Assembly: GCA_947085855.1 (NCBI GenBank)
Contig: CAMTYB010000001.1
Location: forward strand, 673,421 to 737,420
DNA: 64,000 nt
Direction: 5' to 3'
DNA from: an uncultured Candidatus Saccharibacteria bacterium
GTDB taxonomy: Bacteria > Patescibacteriota > Saccharimonadia > Saccharimonadales > 2-12-FULL-41-12
Positions 32,569 to 40,783 of the stretch are shown here, piece by piece. A model generated the notes under the pieces. That model worked only from the letters and a program-made list of their open reading frames with translations, did no database searches and was not told the origin of the DNA. A program made the translations under genes and the position numbers. Position 1 is the stretch's first letter; each line of letters opens with the position of its first letter.

Positions 32569-34797
32569 ATGCTTTTACTACTGGTCATCGATCTCTTGAT
32601 TGTGTTCGGGTTGCTGTTTCTCGGAACAGTGGTGATTCTCAAAGACAGTCGAGCACTACTCAACCGCCTATTTCTGGGCTTTATTATTGCAATCTCGGGT
32701 TGGGTGATCGCAAACTATGTCAGCAATAGTTTCGAGATAAGCTATCGGGCTGCCCTGATCGCCAATCATATAACGCTGTTTCTCCCTGGTATAGCCCTGC
32801 TTTTCTTACTCGGCTTCTCCTTAAAAATAACCGGCAGAGCTGCCGTATCACTGTACTGGAAACTAGTGCTGCTTGTTAGCTTTGTCGTGTATGTACTGGC
32901 GCTAACGCCATGGTTCTTTGATTCGATTAGTCGTCAGGGTGATGTCTACGCTATTCATTTTACTGATGCAGGATCGCTTTACTTCCTGACCCTGGTACAC
33001 AACATGCTTAGTATAGTCGGCGTACTGATAGCTGGCAGAAGACGGGCCAAGGGTCAGCAGCGGTCGCGAATCTCGGCTGTACTCGGGGGTGTGTCATTTA
33101 TGCTCGGCACCAATTTGGCCACCAACGCCCTGCTGCCGGCCTTTGGGGGCGCCTTTGTACTTACCAATATTGGGCCACTGTCGAGCGTCGTGGTTATCTA
33201 TGCTATCTGGTACAGCATCATTAAACACCGTTTATTTGACGTCCGCTTCTTCATAGCGCGATCTGTAGCGTATGTCTTGCTGGCCTCAACGCTAGCCCTG
33301 GTGTACATCGGTGGGCTATTTGGTGTCGCCTATCTGGCCTCAGGTAATAGTCCAGATCAGAATGACATTGCGCCGTTTATCTCGGCACTGATTGTGGTCA
33401 TAACGGCTCCACCTATCAAGCTGATGTTTGATCGCTTAACTAACAAGCTGTTTTACAGAGATGCCTATGACCCTCAGACGTTCCTAGATACCCTCAACCG
33501 AACTCTTGTCAGTAATATCGAAATTGGCATCCTGCTGCGCCACACCGCCACTGTTATCAAGGATAACTTCAAAGCTGAGTGTTACCTCTATGTTAAGGAG
33601 TCTGACACCGAGAGTCGGATGATGGGCACCAAACCGCTTGATATTAAGGAGCGGCATTTTAACCTGATTAAATCTGAACTTAAAACCATCCATGATCGAA
33701 CAGTGTTAACAGATGAGCTGTATGAGCCGTATCTAGAGCTTAAAAACGCCCTGTATGTCAACGAGATAGCCGTTATTAGTAGCTTGATCACCCATTTGTC
33801 TAAAGATAACGAGGCGACGGCCTATCTGATGCTTGGTCCCAAAAAGAGCGGTAGTGCCTACACCAAGCAGGATATCCGGTTGCTGAACATTATCACCGCA
33901 GAACTCCTTATAGCCATCCAGAACGCTTTGCGCTTTGAAGAGATTCAAAGCTTCAACGTAACTCTTCAGAACCGCATAAATGATGCTACGGCCAAACTGA
34001 AACACAGTAATGACAAGCTCCGTGAGATGGATAGCACCAAGGATGAATTTATCAGTATGGCCAGTCATCAGTTACGCACTCCACTCACCTCTGTTAAGGG
34101 GTATCTCAGTATGGTGCTGGATGGTGATGCTGGCAAAATCAGCGATACCCAGCGACAACTCCTTAATCAGGCGTTCGTTAGCTCACAGCGGATGGTGTAT
34201 CTGATAGCTGATCTGTTGAATGTGTCACGCCTCAAAACCGGTAAGTTCGTGATTGATCTGACACCGACTAACCTAGCCAGCATCGTAGAAAGTGAAATAG
34301 CCCAACTAACAGAGGTAGCAAAGAGTAAAAATATCACCCTCACCTTCGATAAGCCCGAAGTAGTGCCAGAGATAGAGTTGGATGAAACCAAAACACGTCA
34401 AGTCATCATGAATTTCGTTGATAATGCCATCTATTACACTCCAACCGGAGGCAAGATCAAGATAGAGCTCAAAACAGATCGCAGCAGTGTCTACTTCGTA
34501 GTCAAAGACAATGGCATGGGTGTGCCAAAGAGTGAGCAAGAACACTTGTTCACCAAGTTTTACCGGGCTAAAAATGCCCAAAAAGTCCGTCCCGACGGTA
34601 CTGGCCTCGGCCTATTTATGGCCAAAAAGGTGATTACCGAACAGGGCGGCTCTATCTTATTTGACAGTACAGAAGGTAAAGGTAGTACGTTTGGCTTTAA
34701 ATTTGACATAACAGGGGTAAAAGACCTCGAAGGTCCCAAGGCTACCCCCAAAGAGACTAAAAAAGCCACCAAAGAGTCAAACAAGAGCAAACGGTAA
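32569..34797 (+). CDS. sensor histidine kinase with an N-terminal 7TM sensor region
   Basis: About 280 aa with 7 predicted TM helices, ending IIKHRLFDVRF (HisKA_7TM-like). A GAF/PAS-sized linker follows, then H-box FISMASHQLRTPLTSVKGYL, N-box MNFVDNAIYYTP, and G-boxes DNGMGVP and GTGLGLFMAKKV. Confidence 0.85.
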   Translation: MLLLLVIDLLIVFGLLFLGTVVILKDSRALLNRLFLGFIIAISGWVIANYVSNSFEISYRAALIANHITLFLPGIALLFLLGFSLKITGRAAVSLYWKLVLLVSFVVYVLALTPWFFDSISRQGDVYAIHFTDAGSLYFLTLVHNMLSIVGVLIAGRRRAKGQQRSRISAVLGGVSFMLGTNLATNALLPAFGGAFVLTNIGPLSSVVVIYAIWYSIIKHRLFDVRFFIARSVAYVLLASTLALVYIGGLFGVAYLASGNSPDQNDIAPFISALIVVITAPPIKLMFDRLTNKLFYRDAYDPQTFLDTLNRTLVSNIEIGILLRHTATVIKDNFKAECYLYVKESDTESRMMGTKPLDIKERHFNLIKSELKTIHDRTVLTDELYEPYLELKNALYVNEIAVISSLITHLSKDNEATAYLMLGPKKSGSAYTKQDIRLLNIITAELLIAIQNALRFEEIQSFNVTLQNRINDATAKLKHSNDKLREMDSTKDEFISMASHQLRTPLTSVKGYLSMVLDGDAGKISDTQRQLLNQAFVSSQRMVYLIADLLNVSRLKTGKFVIDLTPTNLASIVESEIAQLTEVAKSKNITLTFDKPEVVPEIELDETKTRQVIMNFVDNAIYYTPTGGKIKIELKTDRSSVYFVVKDNGMGVPKSEQEHLFTKFYRAKNAQKVRPDGTGLGLFMAKKVITEQGGSILFDSTEGKGSTFGFKFDITGVKDLEGPKATPKETKKATKESNKSKR

Positions 34798-34956
34798 GAA
34801 AAATTACATCACCACCGAAGTGCTTACCCTTATAGTTACTCGTGCAAATGGGCGGTATCTTAGTTTACATTTGTCCTCATTTACCTCTGTTAGAGCATAA
34901 GCGATAAGGTTCTTTTATAATCATAACAGCAAAAGTCAATAAGCAGTGCAACATTA

Positions 34957-34985
34957 TTGACAAAATGAGATACTTGTGATAATAT
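34957..34985 (+). promoter_or_regulatory. strong sigma70-like promoter (TTGACA-17-TAATAT with a TGn extension)
   Basis: TTGACA at 34957-34962, TG at 34977-34978, TAATAT at 34980-34985. It lies upstream of the two-gene surface-protein operon. Confidence 0.6.
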
Positions 34986-35060
34986 GCTTGTATAACATCA
35001 TTTTTGCTGAAAAGCACAAGCGGTGTGGGAAAAGAGATTACTTAGGAGAGGAATTAGATT

Positions 35061-36719
35061 ATGTCGAATGAGCATGAACGTGGCCACCAGCCACATGAGC
35101 CCCAATTGACTCCAGAAGAACAGCTCCAAGCGATGCAGCAAGATATGCAACGTATTAGTGAGCGTGTTGAATTTCTGGAAACCAATAACGAAGCGCTTGC
35201 GCTATCAAACATACGAATTAAGACAACCTTAGGCAGTGTTGCTGATCGACTCAGCTTGCGAGATGACGAAGAATTACAAGGTATGGCAAGCGAGCTACGT
35301 GCTGCTGCCGAAGGTGCCGTAGTTAATGAAGATGAAGAAGAAGCCACCGGCAACAGTCTTCGTCAACGTGCTGCGCGACGAATAGCTCAGACTCGAGTTC
35401 ATCGTGCACAGCCTCGTACTGGTGAGTCTAAGAAGGGCCGCCGTGGAATCATTGGTCTCGCTATTGGTGCTGCTGCTGTCGCTGCAATCGCCTTTTGGCC
35501 AAACGGTGATAGCGAGCCAGAAAAGGTTTCTGCTCCTGCTCCTACTGCCGAACAACGAGCTGCTACTAAGAAAGCTCAAGAGGAAGCCGTTGCTGCTATG
35601 AATGGCAACACAGACGCTACTGGTATAACTGAACAGGCTCAAGCCAACGCTTCTGCAACTACTGACGAAGCACAGGGCACTAAGCGAGTTGACCAAAAGA
35701 CATGGCGCGAAGCTTCAACTGTTAACCGTGCTGTAATGCGCATGGACAGTACACCTGATACTTTGAAGCAAAACATTGGCAAAATCTTTGATGCTGCCCC
35801 TAAGGATGTTTCACACGTTAAGAAGATGCAAAACCGATTGCAAAGCTTTGATGCTGCTACTGTTTCTCGTTATAACGTTGTTGAAGCTGCTGCCTTCGGT
35901 ATTAAAGGTGACTACGGTAACGCACTTGCTAACTACAATGCCCTCAATGGTAAACCTGCCGACACCCCATCAAATCTTTCTCACGCCGAAATGTCTAAGT
36001 ATGTTGAAAACTTCCTGACAGACAAGAACACCAAGTTCGTAGAGAGCGAATTGAATGGCTTCTACGCTAACACTGGTCAGCACAACAGCAAAGATGTCTT
36101 TACTCAAGAACAGCACTTTAGCGGTGTACGTTCTATCAAGGCTATTAACAACACCACTGGTCAATCAGTTGAATGGAAAGCTGGTGGTGGTAGTGATGGA
36201 CGCGACGGCCTTTGTGTCAACGTTGAACAGAAGCTAAACGAAGTTAAGACTCCTGTCTCTACTCCTGCCGCTCCTCCTGCACAAGGTGGCCCAGAAGATG
36301 TATTTACACCTGTAGGTACTCCTGACCAGCCTGATCAAGAAGATCGTATTACATCAAAGCCTGTTAGCGATCAACCACGTAAGCCGAAACAGCCTACTCA
36401 GCCGCGACCTGTAACTCCTGCTGATAAGCCAAAGCCTACTGAGACCCCTCAGAATCCTGGTGGCAAAAACCACGAATTGAGTCCGGTATCAAGCGATCCT
36501 AACCATCCTGAAGAAGAGAAGCGACCGAACATTGAAAACCCAGGTCCTGCTATCCAACCTATTGGTGCTCCAGCTGAGGATCCATACAAGCCACCTCAAA
36601 CTGTTGAGCCACCTGCTGGCGTAGGTCCAACTCCACAGAATCCTGCTACTCCAACCCCTGCTACTGGTCAAAATAATGGTTCAGAAACCGGCGCCCCTGC
36701 CGAGGTCCCTGCACCGTAA
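35061..36719 (+). CDS. membrane-anchored extracellular protein with N-terminal coiled coil and Pro-rich C-terminal tail
   Basis: SD AGGAGAGG upstream. The cytoplasmic N-terminus is followed by the TM helix GIIGLAIGAAAVAAIAFW, a globular domain of about 230 aa, and a P/Q/T-rich tail of about 150 aa. No recognised domain. Confidence 0.55.
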   Translation: MSNEHERGHQPHEPQLTPEEQLQAMQQDMQRISERVEFLETNNEALALSNIRIKTTLGSVADRLSLRDDEELQGMASELRAAAEGAVVNEDEEEATGNSLRQRAARRIAQTRVHRAQPRTGESKKGRRGIIGLAIGAAAVAAIAFWPNGDSEPEKVSAPAPTAEQRAATKKAQEEAVAAMNGNTDATGITEQAQANASATTDEAQGTKRVDQKTWREASTVNRAVMRMDSTPDTLKQNIGKIFDAAPKDVSHVKKMQNRLQSFDAATVSRYNVVEAAAFGIKGDYGNALANYNALNGKPADTPSNLSHAEMSKYVENFLTDKNTKFVESELNGFYANTGQHNSKDVFTQEQHFSGVRSIKAINNTTGQSVEWKAGGGSDGRDGLCVNVEQKLNEVKTPVSTPAAPPAQGGPEDVFTPVGTPDQPDQEDRITSKPVSDQPRKPKQPTQPRPVTPADKPKPTETPQNPGGKNHELSPVSSDPNHPEEEKRPNIENPGPAIQPIGAPAEDPYKPPQTVEPPAGVGPTPQNPATPTPATGQNNGSETGAPAEVPAP

Positions 36720-36748
36720 GGTGAGAAAGATTTTAGAGGAGAATAACT

Positions 36749-38299
36749 ATGAATCGCATTAAGAAAATTCTAAAGAACAAGATCGTTCTGACCGCAGCTG
36801 TCTTAGCTGCAACGGTTGGAATCGGTGGCGCTGCTTTCGCTGGCTTTGGTCCTGATCGACCAACTCGCCCATACGTACAGGGTCAACCAGGTTTCGACCA
36901 CGTTACCTTTAACTCATTCACTGGTGTTCCAAACATTGGTGATGAACGAAACTTCATGACTGGTAAGATCGCTGGTGCCCCAAACGGTTTCTACGATCCA
37001 ATGAACCAAGTTCGTGATGGTAACGAAATCCTTGTTCGTGTCTATGTACACAACAACGCTGATACTTCAAAGAACCCTGATGGTAGCGGTATCGCTCGTA
37101 ACACTCGTGTTAACGTTCAGATCCCTGAAGGTCAGCTAGCCCAAGCTCATCAGATGAAAGGTGCTATCTATGCATCTAACGCACAGCCACAAACTGTAAC
37201 TGATACGCTTGATGTAAACGCTAACTACCCATTCCAACTTGATTATGTTGAAGGTAGTGCGCAGATTACTACTAACTTTGTTAACGACCTTCCACTGTCT
37301 GACGAGATTACTCGTGGTGGTGTATTGATCGGTGACGATGTAATGGATGGTAACTTGCCAGGCTGTTTTGAATACGTTGCCTTGGTTACCTACCGTGTTA
37401 AAGTTGAAGCCCCTAACTACACAGTTCACAAATCTGTTCGTGTAGACGGTGAAGACAGCACTAAATGGCGTGAAAACGCTGTTGTAGCTCCTGGCTCTAA
37501 AGTTGAATGGATGATTGAATTCAAGAATACTGGTGCCACTAAGCTTGATAACGTTGCAGTCTTCGACCAATTACCTGCTAAGACTAAGATCGTTCCTGGT
37601 ACTACCAAGATCTACAACGTGTCTAACCCAAGCGGTGTTGCCGCTGGTAGCGACAACGTAGTTGCAAACGGCATTGATGTCGGTAACTACTTCCCAAATA
37701 GTAACGTTCGAGTTGTCTTTAAGACCGAAATCGGTAAAGACCAAGACTTCGAATGTGGTAAGACCAAGTTGATCAACTATGGTTACGCCAAGCCAGGCAG
37801 CCAAGGTGCCGTTCGTGACGATGCTTCTGTAGAAGTTGACCGAACTAAGGACTGTAAGCCTGATGACCGAAAGCCAACCTACTCTTGTGATCTATTGAAA
37901 GCAGAGAAGCTTACCGGCCGAACAGTTAAGTACACTGCAAGCGCCAGCGCCTCTGACGGTGCTACTATCAAGAACTATGTCTTCGACTTCGGTGATGGTC
38001 AATCCCTCACCACCGACAAGAACGTAGTTGAACACACCTACGCTCAAGATGGTCAGTTTGTTACCCGCGTTAAAGTTAACGTAGCAGTTGGTAACGAAAC
38101 TAAAGTTGCTGAAAGTGATCGTTGTGCTGCAGTTATTAACTTCAACACTCCGGTTACTCCAGCTGGTACCACACCAGGTGCCCCAACTGCTTTGCCTGAA
38201 ACAGGTGCTGGCAGTGTAGTTGCCGCCTTCATGGCTGTAACTGCCGCAAGTTCTGCTGCTTACTACGCAGTACAACGCCGCCTTCTCGGCCGCATCTAG
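36749..38299 (+). CDS. LPXTG-anchored cell-surface protein with DUF11-like and PKD-like domains
   Basis: Signal peptide. DUF11-type repeat (VAPGSKVEWMIEFKNTGATKLDNVAVFDQLP). PKD-like domain (YVFDFGDGQSLTTDKNVVEHTYAQDGQFVTRVKV). C-terminal sorting signal LPETG followed by a hydrophobic helix and RRLLGRI. Confidence 0.8.
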   Translation: MNRIKKILKNKIVLTAAVLAATVGIGGAAFAGFGPDRPTRPYVQGQPGFDHVTFNSFTGVPNIGDERNFMTGKIAGAPNGFYDPMNQVRDGNEILVRVYVHNNADTSKNPDGSGIARNTRVNVQIPEGQLAQAHQMKGAIYASNAQPQTVTDTLDVNANYPFQLDYVEGSAQITTNFVNDLPLSDEITRGGVLIGDDVMDGNLPGCFEYVALVTYRVKVEAPNYTVHKSVRVDGEDSTKWRENAVVAPGSKVEWMIEFKNTGATKLDNVAVFDQLPAKTKIVPGTTKIYNVSNPSGVAAGSDNVVANGIDVGNYFPNSNVRVVFKTEIGKDQDFECGKTKLINYGYAKPGSQGAVRDDASVEVDRTKDCKPDDRKPTYSCDLLKAEKLTGRTVKYTASASASDGATIKNYVFDFGDGQSLTTDKNVVEHTYAQDGQFVTRVKVNVAVGNETKVAESDRCAAVINFNTPVTPAGTTPGAPTALPETGAGSVVAAFMAVTAASSAAYYAVQRRLLGRI

Positions 38300-38437
38300 T
38301 CTAATCTACCTAGCGGCCAACGTGGTTGTGGATAACCACTAGCCAAAAGAGTTAAAATGTGCTACGATGCAGTCAGTTCAATGAGCACTGACTGACCGCT
38401 CGAATCAAAAACAAACAACTGAAATTATAAAAAGGTA

Positions 38438-38466
38438 AAAGCCCCGGGTTATGCCTGGGGCTTTTA
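38438..38466 (+). terminator. rho-independent terminator
   Basis: AGCCCCGGG ttatg CCTGGGGCT followed by TTTT. Confidence 0.8.
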
Positions 38467-38634
38467 TGTACCGCACCTCTAGTCAACAGAGGTAATACGT
38501 GGTACAATCGTCTGGTTGCTTCCAGCAACAAACAGGACAATAGAGATAGGCCTCATACGTTGTATGAGCCCCCGATTTCTCAGAAACAGGCAAAAAAATG
38601 TGAACACATTTTTGCCATGTTTCGCTCGAAATCT

Positions 38635-38709
38635 GGCCTCATCGTCTAACGGTTAGGACACCAGGTTTTCATCCTGGCAATCGGGGTTCGATTCCCCGTG
38701 AGGTCACCA
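38635..38709 (+). tRNA. tRNA-Glu (anticodon TTC), CCA encoded
   Basis: GGCCTCA tc GTCT aacggtta GGAC a CCAGG ttTTCat CCTGG caat CGGGG ttcgatt CCCCG TGAGGTC A CCA. Confidence 0.9.
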
Positions 38710-38748
38710 AGCAAAAGGCTCTCCGCATGGAGGGCTTTTTGCTTGGTC
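38706..38748 (+). terminator. hairpin terminator incorporating the tRNA-Glu ACCA end
   Basis: ACCAAGCAAAAGGCTCTCC gcat GGAGGGCTTTTTGCTTGGT, an imperfect long stem with a T-run. Confidence 0.7.
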
Positions 38749-38840
38749 AGTTCGCACTAGCGAACCTCGAAGCCCGCAGGGGTTCGTTCATGAGGAACAC
38801 GCGCAGAAGTTTTACTTCGAGCATGTGACGAAATGCTGTC

Positions 38841-38851
38841 TTCCCCGTGAG
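38841..38851 (+). repeat. 11-nt exact direct repeat of the tRNA-Glu 3' end (TTCCCCGTGAG)
   Basis: Identical to 38692-38702 (T-loop/T-stem/acceptor of tRNA-Glu), starting 149 nt downstream. A more degenerate copy, GGGGTTCGTTCATGAGG, lies in between at about 38770-38790. Confidence 0.75.
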
Positions 38852-38944
38852 ATATAATTGTAACGATAGCAGAATGCGAATATTTTAAGATAAATTTAAG
38901 ATTACTTTGATTTAATATAAGTATGTTATATAATCCGATCCACT

Positions 38945-39283
38945 ATGAGACAAAGTGACGAATCTATAACCATCCAGCAACTAAGCGACATCTTTTATAG
39001 ATTTTCAGAAGATCGTAACTGGACAATCGGATATAACCCCTCGTTCCTTTCGAAGTCCATAGTTATTGAAGCTGCCGAATTACTTGAACATTTTCAGAAA
39101 GAAGATGGCGAATTGGCCAAACGTAAACTCAAAGATATCAAGATAAAAAAAGAGGTTACTGATGAGATGGTCGACGTTTTGTACTATCTCATGATGCTCT
39201 TTAGGATTCTTGAAATAGATATAGCTGCTGCATCAGACGCGAAATTGGCTGAACTCAGCAAGCGTTATCCAACTAAAGCATGA
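38945..39283 (+). CDS. MazG-like / DCTPP1-type all-alpha nucleoside-triphosphate pyrophosphohydrolase
   Basis: 112 aa. FSEDRNW...IEAAELLEHFQ...EVTDEMVDVLYYLMMLFRILEIDI...SKRYP carries the paired acidic E-x2-E / D-x2-D helices of the family. Confidence 0.65.
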   Translation: MRQSDESITIQQLSDIFYRFSEDRNWTIGYNPSFLSKSIVIEAAELLEHFQKEDGELAKRKLKDIKIKKEVTDEMVDVLYYLMMLFRILEIDIAAASDAKLAELSKRYPTKA

Positions 39284-39299
39284 TTAATAAACTTGCTAC

Positions 39300-40244
39300 A
39301 TGAAGCTAAGAATTCAAAATACAGAGCTAGAGACTAATTTAAAGAGTAGAGTTTCAGAGGCAAAGTTTGCAGCCTTAAAATCTATCAAGAAAACTGATAT
39401 TCCCCTAATTGCGTATACGTCTTTTGATGGCGATATGTTATCCCACAGTGAATTGATGAAACAGTACATGCACAAGAAAGGATTTGTACCCTTGAATCCT
39501 GAGTCGGCCCTGGGGACTTATCTAGTAGTAAATCACTACGAAGGAGATAAAAATCCAATTATCGAAGACTGCCTGAGCTTAATAAATGTGGTTGATCGTT
39601 TTTACGTAATGACTAAACAAGTTCCAAAAACATCAAGCGACATTAGAAAACAGCCAGAAGGTATTATTGCCGAAGTTCTATACTGGGTGTCAAGTAAGCG
39701 AAAACTTGTTACATATGTAGATATTTCTTCTTATGCTTCGGAGCATGAAATAACGCACCCGGATGGCTTGCTTGAGAGACTAGACGAAGGGCAAAAGGCA
39801 GGAATCAAAAATGTTTTCGCTGCTGGTAGAAGGCTGAGATCTACTGCCTATTTACTCTCTGGAGAGGAACATGCCAAACATTCAGATTGGATGAGGAGGG
39901 ACGCATATGTAAACTCACGTGTCCCACTGTGTCCCTACACTATTATCGGTTTTAGCACGCTACAGTTAGCGTATCCGACTGACTATGTGCGCCAACTGTG
40001 TTGCCGTGTTGCACTAGGTATGAAGGCTAACGAAATTTATATATATGGAGTTGATAACATCAATAAATTTAAAGTATCAAATCTTCCACTTGATGCCCTT
40101 GCTGAACTTTATGTGATTCTAAGACCTAGTCCCAAAAAGAAAGTGTACTATAAGTTCTTCGGAGAAATCGGGGTGCCAAAATACGTGAATCGCAAAAAAT
40201 GGGCGGTCACAAAGCATGAGCAAGAGAGAGCAATAGGGGCATGA
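39300..40244 (+). CDS. hypothetical protein with two tandem nucleoside 2-deoxyribosyltransferase-like (DUF4406-like) half-domains
   Basis: The two halves are internally similar. Half 1: IAYTSFDG...GFVPLNPE...CLSLINVVDRFYVMT...PEGIIAEVLYW. Half 2: AYLLSGEE...SRVPLCPY...RVALGMKANEIYIYG...PLDALAELYVI. Both fit the beta1-G..V.NP-...D..L..CD.i.vl-...G...E pattern of the NDT/DUF4406 fold. Confidence 0.4.
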   Translation: MKLRIQNTELETNLKSRVSEAKFAALKSIKKTDIPLIAYTSFDGDMLSHSELMKQYMHKKGFVPLNPESALGTYLVVNHYEGDKNPIIEDCLSLINVVDRFYVMTKQVPKTSSDIRKQPEGIIAEVLYWVSSKRKLVTYVDISSYASEHEITHPDGLLERLDEGQKAGIKNVFAAGRRLRSTAYLLSGEEHAKHSDWMRRDAYVNSRVPLCPYTIIGFSTLQLAYPTDYVRQLCCRVALGMKANEIYIYGVDNINKFKVSNLPLDALAELYVILRPSPKKKVYYKFFGEIGVPKYVNRKKWAVTKHEQERAIGA

Positions 40245-40783
40245 AATTCAATCCTGAAAAGGATAAAAATCCCCGAATTATTGTTGTCAATGGAGATGTT
40301 TGTTCGGGGAGCTCTACTTTAGCTGGTCAGATAGCTGATGAACTTGACTATGAATTGATTGATGTCGGACAAATGTTTAGGCAAGAAATGCTTAGATCTT
40401 CACATGAAGACGCAAATGAGATTTCCATTGCATTAAATGGTTTAATTATGCAGCACATCGCTGCTGACCGTGAAAAGGTAATTGAAGGTCGTTTGGTGGG
40501 CGTTCAAGCTAAAAACTTTTCAGGTGTTCTTAAGCTGTTGTGCTTGGCAACAAGCGAAGTAAGAGTGGAGAGGTATATGAACAGGGAAGGGTTATCTAGC
40601 CTAGAGGATGCAAGCCTGGCTATGAGAAATCGACACGAGATTGATCGGAGATTATTGCATGAAACATGGGATCTTAGTTTAGACCAAATCTTTAACCCAA
40701 TTCTTTATGATGAAATAATCGATACGTCCCACCAGAGTCCTTGTGAAATTATCAGATCCCTAGAAGTCCGAGGTTACTTCTAG
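40241..40783 (+). CDS. cytidylate-kinase-like P-loop protein lacking the Walker-A lysine
   Basis: The ATGA overlap indicates translational coupling with the upstream gene. IIVVNGDVCSGSSTLAGQIADEL is a Walker-A-like GxxxxGSST in which the invariant Lys is replaced by Ser. Confidence 0.5.
   Translation: MKFNPEKDKNPRIIVVNGDVCSGSSTLAGQIADELDYELIDVGQMFRQEMLRSSHEDANEISIALNGLIMQHIAADREKVIEGRLVGVQAKNFSGVLKLLCLATSEVRVERYMNREGLSSLEDASLAMRNRHEIDRRLLHETWDLSLDQIFNPILYDEIIDTSHQSPCEIIRSLEVRGYF

Noticed and set aside
38300-38470. Possible ~95-nt sRNA (TGcTACGAT -10-like box, 8-bp hairpin CAGTCAGT/ACTGACTG, A/C-rich stretch, terminator)
   Set aside because: The more parsimonious reading is the 3' UTR and terminator of the LPXTG gene. 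The -35 is poor and there is no independent evidence.
38470-38634. Possible ncRNA upstream of tRNA-Glu (TGgTACAAT box at ~38500, hairpins CTCATAC/GTATGAG and GGCAAAAA...TTTTTGCC)
   Set aside because: This is most simply the promoter and 5' leader of the tRNA-Glu precursor. No match to the SRP, RNase P or 6S cores was recognisable by eye.
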